A DNA stretch of 64,000 nt, taken from assembly GCF_028368995.1 (NCBI RefSeq), contig NZ_JAQNDL010000002.1, positions 1,504,001 through 1,568,000 of the forward strand, read 5' to 3'. Under the pieces are notes generated by a model, which saw nothing but the letters and a program-made list of their open reading frames with translations, had not been told where the DNA came from and searched no databases. The stretch comes from Nannocystis bainbridge (GTDB lineage Bacteria; Myxococcota_A; Polyangia; Nannocystales; Nannocystaceae). Shown here one piece after another: positions 21,892 to 32,059 of this stretch (positions within the stretch are counted from its first letter, which is position 1; every line of letters begins with the position of its first letter). Position numbers and translations under genes: made by a program.

Positions 21892-22185
21892 CTACGAACT
21901 TGCGGAAGGCGCCACCGTCACCTCGGTGCGGTCGAGCCAGAAGGCGTCGACGTGGTAGGTCTTGCGGTCCTCGGAGTAGACCGTATCACCGCCGGCGATG
22001 AAGACCATTCCCGGCTCGCTTGCGCAGTCCTGCGGCGTGGTCGGGGCCGGGGCCTCGCTCGGAGGCACCGCCGCTGCGGGGGCCGCCTGAGCCTGAGCCG
22101 GCGCGTCGGTCGCCCTCGGCGCCGACCCGCAGGCGAACGGCGTGATGAAAGAAAGCGTTAGATATACGGCCTGTCGCATCGTCAT
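21892..22185 (-). pseudogene. truncated formylglycine-generating-enzyme (SUMF1)-family lipoprotein
   Basis: PFAC lipobox, PGMVFIAGG...VDAFWLDRTEVTV, then stops. Confidence 0.65.
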
Positions 22186-22602
22186 GAGCGTCGCAGCGCG
22201 GAGGCTTCCTTGATGTGTTTGATGACGGTCTCGTTGCTGGACTTGAGGTCGCCGACGACGTCGAGGAGGTCGACGAGCGAGCTGAACGCCTGCTCCCCTT
22301 TCTCAGCTAGCGGATGCGCACGTGCAGCCATGAACATGGGAGCTGCGACCGCGCTTCCACGTGCGCATGCACGGCGGCGACCAGAGCGGCCTTGTCCGTG
22401 CCTGCGGCCTTGGCCACCGCCTCGGCGGCGGCGGCGATCGTGGTCTTGCCGTTCATCTTGCGCGGCACTTCCGCCACGTTCGGATCCACCGGGCCCGGTT
22501 CCTCGCGGAAGAGTCTCCGATATCGTCGTCTCTGCGCCGATCAGCACAGGGCAGATCGCCCTCCATTTGGGGGGCGCTGCTCACCGTGATACACATGACC
22601 GC

Positions 22603-23220
22603 ATGGCACGCCAGAGATCTCTGATGGTCATCGCCGCCGTCGCCGCCCTCTTGGCGCTCCCCCCGTCACGCGGCGACGCTTGCGAAAACGCCGTGCTAGC
22701 GACGGACAAGAGCGTCGCCTCCGTGAAGGAGGCCGAGGTGATCCTCAACGGCGGCGACCCGAAGGAGGCGCGCCGCAGGATCCAGGAGATCCTCGGGGGC
22801 GCGGATGAGTTCGACGAACGGACGCCGAGCGCCAAGGGCCTCACCAAGCGTGCCAAACGCATCATCGCGCTCGCTGACGTCCGGCTCGACGACCTCCGGA
22901 GCGAACACCGCAAGGTCTTCCTCGACAACGCCGTCTCGGTGCTCTCGTGGCTCGCCGCCGACAGCCCGAGCGACGCTGCCAAGAAGGCCGACCTCGCCGA
23001 GGCGCTCGCCAAGACCAACGCCGGCAAGGCCAAGAAGATCCTCGAGGACCTCGCCAAGCACGATGTCGTTGCGACCCCCTACGCCTACGCCGCCCTCGCC
23101 CGTCTGCGCGCCTCGGACGGCGACGAGAAGGGCCGCGACGAGGCGATGGCCAGGTGCAAGCAGATGGCGAAGCCCGAGAAGGTCAGGTCGATCTGCAAGC
23201 TCACGCAGGGGGCGCGCTAG
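22603..23220 (+). CDS. secreted helical (TPR-like) hypothetical protein
   Basis: Signal peptide MARQRSLMVIAAVAALLAL...DAC; helical repeats. Confidence 0.7.
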   Translation: MARQRSLMVIAAVAALLALPPSRGDACENAVLATDKSVASVKEAEVILNGGDPKEARRRIQEILGGADEFDERTPSAKGLTKRAKRIIALADVRLDDLRSEHRKVFLDNAVSVLSWLAADSPSDAAKKADLAEALAKTNAGKAKKILEDLAKHDVVATPYAYAALARLRASDGDEKGRDEAMARCKQMAKPEKVRSICKLTQGAR

Positions 23221-23246
23221 CGCCTGCCCCACCACCCCCTGGACCT

Positions 23247-24281
23247 TCAACCGTCTCGCCGCAGCACCACCCCCTGGAAGTACAGCGGCACCGGATCGGT
23301 CGGGTTCGGACAGTCGCCGGCCATCTGGTGGAGGTCGTGGTGGCGGCGGGCGTAGTTCACGATCGCCCGGTAATCGCCGACATCGGCGCGGGTCCGATCC
23401 GGCACCAGGACCACGTCCCCCGCTTCGGCGAACTCGAGCAGCAGGCGCTCGTACGAGTCGTTGTCGTGGCAGTCGACCGGCACGCCGCAGCTGTCCTCGT
23501 TGAAGCTGATCGAGATCGGCGCCAGGAAATCGGGCAGCCCGGCGGGCAGCGCCGTGTCGGCCTCGTGGGCGGCGAGCAGCAACGGTGGGTCGAGGGTCTC
23601 GTCGCGCAGCGCCAGCCACTGATTGGTCCAGAAGATCCCGCCCCGGGCCAGCCAGTCGAGTTCCAGCGCCTGTCCTGGCTGCAGCGACAGGGTGAACTCG
23701 GCCGGCGCGACCGCGACCTCGACGATCGCCGTACGGTCGCCGCAGTCGAGCGAAATTTCGAAAAGGTCGGGCTGCGTGACCTCGACGACCGTGCACACGC
23801 CGGTGAATTTCTGCTCGTTGCCCTCGATCTCGGGCCACACGTCGAACAGCACCCGCGCGTAGTCTTCGGGCCCGGCTTGGCCGTCGGTGCATACCGGATC
23901 TGGCCCGCCCGTGCTCGCGGTCTCGCCGGTCTCGCCGGTCTCCACGGCGGTCGTCTCGCCCGGGCCGGTCGTGGTGCCTTCCGTCGTCGTGGTCGTCGCG
24001 GTGGCCTCCGTGGTCTCCGTGGTCTCGCTGTCGGCCGTCGAAGCCTCGCTGGTACCCGTCGGCCCGTTCGCGGTGGTCGTCAGCGCTGGCTCGTCGCCGG
24101 TGACGCTCGAGCTCATGGTCGCGGTATCCGGGGTCGTGTCCGTCCCCGTGCCCGACTCCGGCCCCGGGTTCGAATCGGTGTACTGCCCCAGGTCGCCCTG
24201 CAGTGGACAGCCCGTGGCTCCCACGAGCGAGGTGATGAGGACGACATGGAACGGGAGCTCCGGAGCGCGCATGGATGGCAT
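23247..24281 (-). CDS. myxobacterial lipoprotein with Thr-rich linker
   Basis: ATGC lipobox, long T/E/G-rich linker, Cys-containing beta-rich C-domain. Confidence 0.75.
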   Translation of the reverse strand: MPSMRAPELPFHVVLITSLVGATGCPLQGDLGQYTDSNPGPESGTGTDTTPDTATMSSSVTGDEPALTTTANGPTGTSEASTADSETTETTEATATTTTTEGTTTGPGETTAVETGETGETASTGGPDPVCTDGQAGPEDYARVLFDVWPEIEGNEQKFTGVCTVVEVTQPDLFEISLDCGDRTAIVEVAVAPAEFTLSLQPGQALELDWLARGGIFWTNQWLALRDETLDPPLLLAAHEADTALPAGLPDFLAPISISFNEDSCGVPVDCHDNDSYERLLLEFAEAGDVVLVPDRTRADVGDYRAIVNYARRHHDLHQMAGDCPNPTDPVPLYFQGVVLRRDG

Positions 24282-24322
24282 CGAACGGTACTTTCCCGGT
24301 CGCCGCGATTTCCGTGACGGAC

Positions 24323-24455
24323 CCTCGCGCGCGCCCGAGAGTTTTTTTGGGCGCGCCCCGAAGGTCAGCTCGAGCGACGCGGCCCGGAGATCCTCGCGAG
24401 CGCCCGAGAGTTTTTGGGGCGCGCCCCGGAGGTCAGCTCGAACGACGCGGCCCGG
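24323..24455. repeat. two-copy ~69-bp tandem repeat (REP-like)
   Basis: CCTCGCG(C/A)GCGCCCGAGAGTTTTT..GGGCGCGCCCCG(A/G)AGGTCAGCTCGA(G/A)CGACGCGGCCCGG occurs twice; each copy has an internal GCGCCC/GGGCGC hairpin. Confidence 0.75.
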
Positions 24456-25047
24456 TGCACCCCGGTGACGCGGAGCCGACCTCTCCTGGCGACGAAGCGG
24501 TGCGAATGCCCGTGAGCGCGAGGCGCAGCAGCCGGCTCGTGGTGGCCGGATCGTTCTCGGTGGCGACGGCCACCGCGTTCGCCAGGACCATCAGGTCTCG
24601 CGACGTGGCGCCCGCTTGCAGCGCGCCCGCCGACGACGCCCGGGCTACCAGGACTTCCAGCACGCCGAGCAGCATGTCGGTGCAGCAGACCTCTTCGGTC
24701 GACAGACCGTCCGGGCCGGCCAGCAGCGCCGTGGCCAGCCCGCGATGGGTCGCTGCGTAGACCGTCATCTCCTCGAGCCACGCGGCCAACTCGGCGCCCG
24801 GGTCCTCCCCCGGCTGCGCCGCTGCGCGCTCGCACAGCTGCGCGACGCCGGCGCGGAAGACCGCCTCCAGCAGCGCTTGCCGCGACGAGAAATGCCGGTG
24901 CAGCGTCGCCGAGCCGACCCCTGCCCGCTGCGCGACCTCCTCCAGCGACGCCTGGGCGCCGTCCCGGGCGACCAGCTCCGCGGCGGCCGCGACGATGCGC
25001 TCCCGGTTGCGTTGCCCGTCAGCTCGCAGTTTTTTAGCGCGCTCCAT
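24433..25047 (-). CDS. TetR-family transcriptional regulator
   Basis: LRADGQRNRERIVAAA...SLEEVAQRAGVGSATLHRHFSSRQAL. Confidence 0.93.
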   Translation of the reverse strand: MERAKKLRADGQRNRERIVAAAAELVARDGAQASLEEVAQRAGVGSATLHRHFSSRQALLEAVFRAGVAQLCERAAAQPGEDPGAELAAWLEEMTVYAATHRGLATALLAGPDGLSTEEVCCTDMLLGVLEVLVARASSAGALQAGATSRDLMVLANAVAVATENDPATTSRLLRLALTGIRTASSPGEVGSASPGCTGPRRSS

Positions 25048-25067
25048 GGGCGATTTTGCTCCTCGAC

Positions 25068-25125
25068 AAACGGGGTGGCACCCCATATCTTGCCTGCGAG
25101 GCATAAACGGTGGGCAACCCCATTT
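25068..25125. promoter_or_regulatory. pair of putative TetR operators
   Basis: AAACGGGGTGGCACCCCATAT (25068-25088, palindromic core) and AAACGGTGGGCAACCCCATTT (25105-25125) between divergent tetR and nmrA-like genes. Confidence 0.7.
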
Positions 25126-25142
25126 GTGAACAGGAGCATAGC

Positions 25143-26057
25143 ATGAGCAGCAACAAGCCCGTTCTCGTCACCGCCGCCACGGGGCGCCAGGGCGGCGCCA
25201 CCGCCAGGGCGCTGCTGGCCGAAGGCGGAACCTTGGTTCGTGTGATGGTGCGCAACCCGGATGCGCCGAACGCGAGGGCCCTCGCGGCTGCTGGCGCCGA
25301 GGTGGTCGTCGGCGACCTCGACGACCCGGCGTCTCTGCGCGCCGCCTGCGTCGGGGCCCGGGCCGTGTTCTCGATGCAGTCGCCGATCATGACCGCGAGC
25401 GGCGTCGACTTCAGCAAGGAGCGCGCGCAGGGGCGCAACCTCGTCGAGGCCGCGCTGGCCGAGGGCGTCGGGACGATCGTGCACACCGCCACGTCGGGCG
25501 TCGGCGACCACCGCGACGTCGAGGGTTGGGCCGAGGGTCGGTGGAAGGACCGCGAGGAGTACTGGGAGAACAAGCTCGCCACCTGCGAGCTCGTGCGCAA
25601 CGCGGGCTTCGAGCACTGGACCATCCTTCTGCCTGCCACCTTCATGGACCATCCCATGCTCGATCCGGCCGGGTTCGCCGACGGGCATCGCCTGGTCACC
25701 GTGTTCAAGCCCGACCTGCCCATGGGGCTGATCGCCCCGGAGGACATCGGCAAGGCGGCGGCGGCGGCGATCCTCGACCCGGCCAGGTTCGACGGTGTCA
25801 CGCTGCAACTCGCCGGCGACCTGCTCACGCTGCCACAGATCGCCGAGGTCCTGTCGCGCGTCGACGGCAAGCAGTACGTGGTGGAGTCGGGCACGGTCGA
25901 GGAGGCGGTCGCGGCCGGTCTGCATCCCGCCGTCGCGGGAGGACTGATGTACATGAACGTCGCCCCGGTGCTGGCACGGCCGGAGATCGCCCGCTCCTTC
26001 GGCCTCTCGCTGATGAGCTTCGAGACGTGGGCCCGTCAGCAGCGCGGCATGGCCTGA
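25143..26057 (+). CDS. NmrA-family NAD(P)-binding protein
   Basis: VLVTAATGRQGGATARALL, GDLDDPASL, EDIGKAAAAAI; AGGAG RBS upstream. Confidence 0.92.
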   Translation: MSSNKPVLVTAATGRQGGATARALLAEGGTLVRVMVRNPDAPNARALAAAGAEVVVGDLDDPASLRAACVGARAVFSMQSPIMTASGVDFSKERAQGRNLVEAALAEGVGTIVHTATSGVGDHRDVEGWAEGRWKDREEYWENKLATCELVRNAGFEHWTILLPATFMDHPMLDPAGFADGHRLVTVFKPDLPMGLIAPEDIGKAAAAAILDPARFDGVTLQLAGDLLTLPQIAEVLSRVDGKQYVVESGTVEEAVAAGLHPAVAGGLMYMNVAPVLARPEIARSFGLSLMSFETWARQQRGMA

Positions 26058-26266
26058 TCGTCGTCCGCGACGATTGATTCGGTCGACCGGGTTCGCGTCG
26101 GCTCACGACCCGCGGGTTCTCCCGCGACCGCATGCCAGGCCTCTCCGCCATCCTGGCGACTGACGGGCCGCGGGTCTCGGTGGTTCGGGCCGCGGATTCG
26201 TGATGCCCCGAGCCCTGGCCCGGGCCTCGTCCCCTCTCCCATCCGACTTCGTTATGCTCGAACGCC

Positions 26267-26731
26267 ATGGGTAGCGACTACCAGCGCATCAAGATCACCG
26301 AGGTCCGCGAGGGCCTCGTCGTCCTCGAGGTCACCGAGTGTCACCCCGACATGGCGGCCATCGATCGGCTGTTGATCGGCAGCCCTCGCGCGGGCGATCC
26401 GGCCCCGCGGACCGAGCTTGCGATCTCGACGAGCATGGGCTCGCGCGCCCGCACCTTCGCCGCCCAGCTGCTCACGGAGTACGGCGACAGCGACCTCAAG
26501 GCCGCCGCGGAGCGCCAGGCGGACGAGGACGACGGCCTCCAGGCCGACGCGTTCGTCGCCGACGTCGCCGTTCGTGCCCTCGAGCCGCTCGTTCGCGCCA
26601 ACGAGGCCGCCTGGCTGTACCGCGCGACGCTGGCGATCGAGCTGCGAGACCCGGCGCTGTCTCGCGGCTTCGTGGTCGGCGAACAGTACGTCGCCCGCGC
26701 CTGCCCCAACGGCGAATGGTACCTCGATTGA
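26267..26731 (+). CDS. hypothetical protein
   Basis: 154-aa ORF with GC3-biased codons. Confidence 0.6.
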   Translation: MGSDYQRIKITEVREGLVVLEVTECHPDMAAIDRLLIGSPRAGDPAPRTELAISTSMGSRARTFAAQLLTEYGDSDLKAAAERQADEDDGLQADAFVADVAVRALEPLVRANEAAWLYRATLAIELRDPALSRGFVVGEQYVARACPNGEWYLD

Positions 26732-26931
26732 GCGCGCTTCGATTCGCGGTACTGTCATTCGCCTATTGCGAGTAGCGCGATGGGATCACGCGGACGGTCG
26801 CCATGACGGTTGCGGACGAGCTCGCTTGCATCATCGCGTCTGCAGCGGGTCGCACAAGTCACCGCGCCCAGACGCGCACAATCGATTCGTGTCCGCCTAC
26901 GTACCGGACGCATCGCCACGGGGCGTGCACG

Positions 26932-27252
26932 CTAGGTCACCGGGCTGGTCGGGTCGTTCGCCGACCGCGGGCACTGGGCGCTGTCGTAGGGATGGTCGCG
27001 CAGGACGATGCTGCGCACTGGCCCGCTCCGGTCGTCCTCGACGACCTCGTCCCACGAGAAGAACACGCGCTCGGGCTGCGGACGCCGCGGCACGACCAGC
27101 GCGCCCCAGCGCGACAGCGTCGGCAGCGGCTCTTCCGTCGCTTGCGGGGCCAGGACGACGGCGATGCCGGTCGGGTCCTCCGAGGCGACGACGCCGCGGC
27201 GGAGCGCTTCACGGCCCTTGTAGATGTTGACGGGTGCTCCAATGGACTGCAT
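26932..27252 (-). CDS. hypothetical protein
   Basis: Most protein-like frame in this interval; no motif recognised. Confidence 0.3.
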   Translation of the reverse strand: MQSIGAPVNIYKGREALRRGVVASEDPTGIAVVLAPQATEEPLPTLSRWGALVVPRRPQPERVFFSWDEVVEDDRSGPVRSIVLRDHPYDSAQCPRSANDPTSPVT

Positions 27253-27947
27253 GGGGGTGCCGCCTGGAAGTTAGGTCTTCCACACGCGAGGGGGCCCCGA
27301 GGCAGGCTCGGCGCGCCACAGTCGCATGTCAGTGATAGCCCATCGTCGAGCATCGTCCAGCCGACTTTGTTCAGACCGGCCATCGGCTCGCTGGACCGTA
27401 TCCTGGCGGGGCGCGTCCACCCGAGCCTGCTTGCAGCCGCGGTAGCGCCGCCCGGAACTGATTCCAAACCGACAACGCGGGGCGCTGGTGGCAGTATCCG
27501 ACACTGCGAATCGCGGACAGGTGTCTGGTCGTCCTCGCTTCGCGCTGGACCGGGTTTGGTTTCACGGGCAGGCACGAAATCGTCGAATTCACCGGAAGGC
27601 GCGCCACGGGGCCTTGAGAGCCGGTTTCGCGGTCCTTCTCCTGCCCTTGCATGGCGCGGTGGCACGAGCGCAATTCGGACATCTGTCCGAGAAGCTCTTT
27701 GAGGCACCCGGTATGGTCATACCCGTCCGCCCCCATTCGTCGGACCTGACGCAAAGTACGACCACGCCCTGCCCCCCGGCGACGAACCTGGAGCGACGCC
27801 GATACTGCGTTGCAGGACGACGCTCGGACCGGCGACCGGCACGTGCTCGAGGCGGCGCCTGACCCATCGGCGGCGTACCCCTGCGGGCCGTGACGCGCTC
27901 GCGCGCATCGGTTGGCCCGGCGGCGCAGGACATGGGACCATCACGGC

Positions 27948-28442
27948 GTGAGGCGGCACGGGGCGAATCGTTGGCTGCTCGGTCTCGGCGCGCTCGCGCT
28001 GCACTCGATGGCGTGCGCGGGCGAGGTGGCGCAGGCCGAGGAGGCGCGACGAACGATCGCCGTGCCGCAGTTGCAGGCGCAGCTCGAGGTGCCGGCGTCG
28101 GCGCTCGTCGAGGTGCGCGGGCGCTGGGTGCGGGTGGTGATCGGGCCAGGACGACGTGCGCCGGAGCTGCTCGAGTTCGGGGGGCCTGGGCCGAAGCGAG
28201 ATCGGGGCCTGGCGCTCGCGGGCGACCCCGGGGTGCGCCTCGACGCCGCGCTCGGCAAGGCCGTGTTGCGGGGCCGCATCGAGCACCGCGACGGCGGCAG
28301 CGGCGGGCCGGAGGCAGCATTGACGGGGCAGATCGCGGTCGGCCCTCACGAGGTCGAGGTGTTCTGCAGCGCGCAGGACGAGGACCATCCGTCGCTGCGC
28401 TGGTGCCTGCGCTTGCTGCAGACGCTGCGGCCGCTGGGATGA
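27948..28442 (+). CDS. hypothetical lipoprotein
   Basis: WLLGLGALALHSMAC signal/lipobox. Confidence 0.55.
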   Translation: MRRHGANRWLLGLGALALHSMACAGEVAQAEEARRTIAVPQLQAQLEVPASALVEVRGRWVRVVIGPGRRAPELLEFGGPGPKRDRGLALAGDPGVRLDAALGKAVLRGRIEHRDGGSGGPEAALTGQIAVGPHEVEVFCSAQDEDHPSLRWCLRLLQTLRPLG

Positions 28443-28486
28443 GCCCGGCTCGAGCCTCACCTCACGCGGGGTAGGATGACGACCTG

Positions 28487-29244
28487 ATGTCGCCCCCTGC
28501 TGCTGGCCCCGATCCGACTGACCACGCGAGCAACGTGGTGGCGGCGCTGTACTTCGCGCCGGCGGTCGAGCCGGCGGTCGAGCCGGCCTGCGCGACAGCC
28601 TCGTGCCGCTCGCAGCAGCGCTCGGAGGTCCCGTCGAACCCGATGAAGCCATCGACGCGGCCATCCTCGCCGGTGACCTGGCGCAGTTCGAAGCAGCTGG
28701 CGAGATGGTCTATCTGCGGTGCCCCGCTCGTGCGGAGACCGACAGCTTCGGTGTGATGTTCGGCCGCACGCGATCGGCGTCGCGGCTCTACTTCTCGGTC
28801 CGCGCGGGCCTTTTCGGACCCGACGAGGTCCGCGAGATCTGGACGCGGACCGTGGCTGTTATGACCGCGCTGATCCCGACGCTGCGGCCGTCGTTCGCGC
28901 TGGCCAACGGCACGGCCGACGAGGAACCGACGCCGGCCCTCGTGCCGCTCGACGAGGTCCGCCGCGGCCGCCTGCCGTCGTTCGTCACGCCCTACACCTA
29001 CGTCCACGAGGCGCTGCTCGCTGAGGCGCCGCGCCAGCAGCTCGCCGACGCCGGCGCCCAGGTCGAGCGCCGCGCGGACGGCTGGCAGATCATGTTCGTC
29101 CCCGACCTCAAAATCGTGCCCTCGCGCGGCCTGCTCCAAGCCGTGGCCTCCTGGCTCGGCGCCCCAGGCGGCTACGTCCAGCGCCGGCTGCCGGCCGGGA
29201 AAGGGCGCCGGCAGCGAAGCACGAAGGTCCGCGCGAGAAGCTGA
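28487..29244 (+). pseudogene. hypothetical protein, apparently frameshifted near 28590
   Basis: 5' ORF (NVVAALYFAP) and 3' ORF (GLRDSLVPLAAALGG...) in different frames, next to a 12-bp duplication CCGGCGGTCGAG. Confidence 0.45.
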
Positions 29245-29419
29245 ACTTGCCCACCCGGGCAGACGGTCGGATTGCGTGAGAGCGACCCCCATCTCGCGGA
29301 GCGACGATCGGCAGGTCCGCGATCGAGCCAGCGGGACGTCCTCGCAGCACCGCAACTCGGGCCGGAGCTTGCTGCGGCACCACGTCTCCGCCGCGAGCGC
29401 GCCTCCATGTCATGAGGCT

Positions 29420-29446
29420 GTCCAGCCCCCTCGAGGGGGACTGGAC
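29420..29446 (-). terminator. hairpin downstream of the tRNA 3' end
   Basis: GTCCAG-CCCCC-TCGA-GGGGG-A-CTGGAC, directly 3' of the tRNA fragment on the minus strand. Confidence 0.65.
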
Positions 29447-29448
29447 GC

Positions 29449-29498
29449 TAGCGCCCACAGCAGGGATCGAACCTGCGACCTACAGTTTAGGAAACCGT
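29449..29498 (-). other. 3' half of tRNA-Arg(CCT): att junction of the integrated element
   Basis: Minus strand ACGGT-TTCCTAA-ACTGT-AGGTC-GCAGG-TTCGATC-CCTGC-TGTGGGC-G: anticodon arm, T-arm and 3' acceptor strand present; no D-arm or matching 5' acceptor strand upstream. Confidence 0.85.
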
Positions 29499-29808
29499 CG
29501 GTCAATCCAACGCCGGCCTCGGCCGGCGCGTCGATCGGCTGCATGTTTTGCCCTCCGGCCCGCTGGGGCGGGCACCGATCGGGGCTAGCAGGGCGCTCCG
29601 GCCGCGTCAACAGTTAATCTCAGGACTCGCTCCTGCGAACTGCCCGCCGGGCATGTGGGCGGAGCGAGTCTTCTATCCTCTCAGAGCCCATGTCCCAGCG
29701 TGTACAGCTGCACCACGAAGCGCGACCCAACAAGCTCGGGCGGCGGTCGCCAAAGCGCACAGAGCGGCGACGAAGCGGTCGCGCCGCCCGCCTCACCGCC
29801 TCGGAGTT

Positions 29809-30015
29809 TTACAGTTCCTCCGATGCGCGTGAAATCTCCTCGGCGCGCCGGTATCGCTGACTCAGGTTCCCGCTTTTCGTGACGATTCCGAGCGACTTCA
29901 AGAGCTTCACTTTCTCCTTGAGCGAGCCCTTTTGAACCGCCGCAATCATTTCCTGGGGAGTCAAAGCGTGCTCAACCGCTTTCTGTTTCGAAGCCCGGGT
30001 CTTCGTCTCGGCCAT
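29809..30015 (-). CDS. small basic protein, putative partner of the upstream ART-like gene
   Basis: 68 aa, overlaps the upstream gene end; LLKSLGIVTKSGNLSQRYR. Confidence 0.6.
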   Translation of the reverse strand: MAETKTRASKQKAVEHALTPQEMIAAVQKGSLKEKVKLLKSLGIVTKSGNLSQRYRRAEEISRASEEL

Positions 30016-30598
30016 AGCGTCCGTCTCGTTTCATCGACCAGATTGCCACGATATTCGGCGCGCGTCGCACGCAAAGTTGGATGTGCGCGTTCTTAAAAAT
30101 TCCACTTCCCTTCCAGGCGCGCTCCAGACCACCCGCCGACGAGCTACCGGGCACGAAGGCCGCCCGAATACTTTCAAAGTCTTGCCCATCTTGCACCATC
30201 TTGCCGCAGAAGTAGTTGAAAACGGCACAGTCTAAGCGCTTATTTTTCTTGACATTCTCTGGAAGGGGAGCACCGGTCGCTCGCATGGCCAGAACGAAGT
30301 CAGCGTGCGCGGCCTGTAGCACAGGGACGTTTTCCGGGTCCAAAAGGTCAAAACAACGCCCGAGCCGAATAAGCGCGCCCACCACGGCGGCCTCCTTGCC
30401 ATGGCGCTGTCTCGCCCAGCGCCATGCTTGCTGAGGGGCATACTCCCAAAAGTAAATCCCGTGTCCCAGCCAATCGTCATCGTTCTCGCTCTTGCCGACC
30501 GCCGTACCATCAACTAAGCGAGCGGCCGTCTCACCCCTCGTTCCATGGAAACCGACCACTGTACGGTCGTAGTTGTACAAAGTCCGCGCGGATGACAT
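29972..30598 (-). CDS. putative ADP-ribosyltransferase-fold protein
   Basis: VVGFHGT...SENDDDWLGHGIYFWE...A..WA pattern (HG[ST] plus GxYF as in PARP-like ARTs); lower GC than host genes. Confidence 0.6.
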   Translation of the reverse strand: MSSARTLYNYDRTVVGFHGTRGETAARLVDGTAVGKSENDDDWLGHGIYFWEYAPQQAWRWARQRHGKEAAVVGALIRLGRCFDLLDPENVPVLQAAHADFVLAMRATGAPLPENVKKNKRLDCAVFNYFCGKMVQDGQDFESIRAAFVPGSSSAGGLERAWKGSGIFKNAHIQLCVRRAPNIVAIWSMKRDGRYGRDEDPGFETESG

Positions 30599-30769
30599 GC
30601 ATGCACCCCTTCATGCGGAGCGTACCAGGCCCATCAGGGGTCTTCTACTGAGTCATCCAAGGACAGACGGCGCGAAAATGCTCTGCCCTACTGGGACGCC
30701 ACCGCCGGAGTGGCCTTCTCCCTCCTCAATGCAGTGTATTGCCGCTCACGAGTCTGGTACCTTGAGTAA

Positions 30770-31843
30770 ATGGAAAGTGAACCATCCAAGACTGACAAAG
30801 CAGAGTTTGCGGCAGAGATTGAAGCGTTGGCGGCAGCGCTAAATGCGGATATCCTCGTTTACAGCGGGGATATCGAGCCCGGCAACGAAGACACGGTGAT
30901 CGAGCTTTGCAACAGGCGGGCACGTCGGCCTAATATCTTGCTCCTTCTGGCAACGTACGGCGGCGATGCACACACAGCCTACCGGATTTCAAGGTGTCTT
31001 CAGCAGAAATACACCCAATTCTTCGTTTTGGTCACAGGGCGGTGCAAGAGCGCTGGCACCCTTCTTGCCACAGGAGCAAATGAGCTCATCATGGGCGACC
31101 TCGCAGAGTTGGGGCCCCTGGATGTGCAGATGCGGAAGACGGATGAGATCGACGAGCGAAGCTCGGGTCTGACTCCTTCGCAGGCCATGATGTCGTTGGA
31201 TGCGCAGACTGTTGTAGCTTTCCAACAACACTTTCTGAGTCTGAAAGAGATCTCACTGACAACGCGCACGGCGGCGGAAATCGCCTCGTCGCTCGTGACC
31301 GGCCTTTACAGTGGCATCTACTCCCAGATTGAACCCATGAAAGTGGGCGAAATGCAGCGCGCGCTCACCGTCGCGCGCGTTTACGGAATGCGCTTGCAGC
31401 GCAACGTCAAGGCGAACCCACGGGCTGACGTGTTGTCTCTCCTGGTCAGCGCGTTCCCCGATCACGGGTACGTGATCGACCGGGAAGAGGCCAGGACCCT
31501 CTTCGAGCGGGTGCGCGAGCCGTCAAATGAAGAAATGAAGATCGTCAAGAGGTTGTTTGGTATTCTGCGTGAGCCAGCCGAACCGACCCAGATCTGCTTT
31601 TTGAATCCCCAACATCAACCAGAGCTAGAAGAGTCTCAAGATGCGAAGCAAAAATCAGACGCTACAGACGCCGGCGGAAGTGGCGAAGACTTTGAGAGCG
31701 ACGGAGCAACTGCGGAGGGATCAGGCGCAACAGGCGCTCCGAACTCTGCAACAGGCCGTCCGGGAGCAGGGCAAGCCGACCCCGTCGCCGCTCCCGCGCC
31801 GCTAGCATCCTCGGACGACGAGGAGCCAGCGAACGAGGTGTAG
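30770..31843 (+). CDS. ClpP/SppA-fold serine protease (SDH-like)
   Basis: LATYGGD, CKSAGTLLATGANELIMG..AELGPLDVQ, FPDHGYVIDREEA; lower GC; disordered acidic tail. Confidence 0.82.
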   Translation: MESEPSKTDKAEFAAEIEALAAALNADILVYSGDIEPGNEDTVIELCNRRARRPNILLLLATYGGDAHTAYRISRCLQQKYTQFFVLVTGRCKSAGTLLATGANELIMGDLAELGPLDVQMRKTDEIDERSSGLTPSQAMMSLDAQTVVAFQQHFLSLKEISLTTRTAAEIASSLVTGLYSGIYSQIEPMKVGEMQRALTVARVYGMRLQRNVKANPRADVLSLLVSAFPDHGYVIDREEARTLFERVREPSNEEMKIVKRLFGILREPAEPTQICFLNPQHQPELEESQDAKQKSDATDAGGSGEDFESDGATAEGSGATGAPNSATGRPGAGQADPVAAPAPLASSDDEEPANEV

Positions 31844-31863
31844 TTCGCTCGAACCGTGAAACA

Positions 31864-31898
31864 GCGAAGCCCTGGCGACCTGGTCGCCAGGGCTTCGC
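31864..31898 (+). terminator. perfect inverted repeat after the protease gene
   Basis: GCGAAGCCCTGGCGACC-T-GGTCGCCAGGGCTTCGC (17-bp arms). Confidence 0.7.
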
Positions 31899-32011
31899 CA
31901 TTTCCAGGTCCTGAAAAGCTCTTGGGCTCCCGCAACCCCGAGTCTCTCGACCTCGCATGCCGCAGCGTGCTCCGAGCGCACGCTCACCCCGCCGGCGCGG
32001 GAGCCTCGCTA

Positions 32012-32059
32012 TAAATAAAACGACGGGCCCGCCTGGAGGTAACCAGGCGGGACCGTCGT
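32012..32059 (-). terminator. intrinsic terminator for the leftward operon
   Basis: ACGACGGGCCCGCCTGG...CCAGGCGGGACCGTCGT hairpin with an A-tract on its left (U-tract on the minus strand). Confidence 0.7.

Noticed and set aside
22182-22547. Intact gene between the FGE fragment and the 22603 gene
   Set aside because: Protein-like segments are split over two frames with no recognisable family; probably debris, so not called.
29449-29525. Complete tRNA-Arg gene
   Set aside because: Sequence upstream of the anticodon arm has no D-arm and cannot pair with the TGTGGGC acceptor strand; only the 3' half is present.
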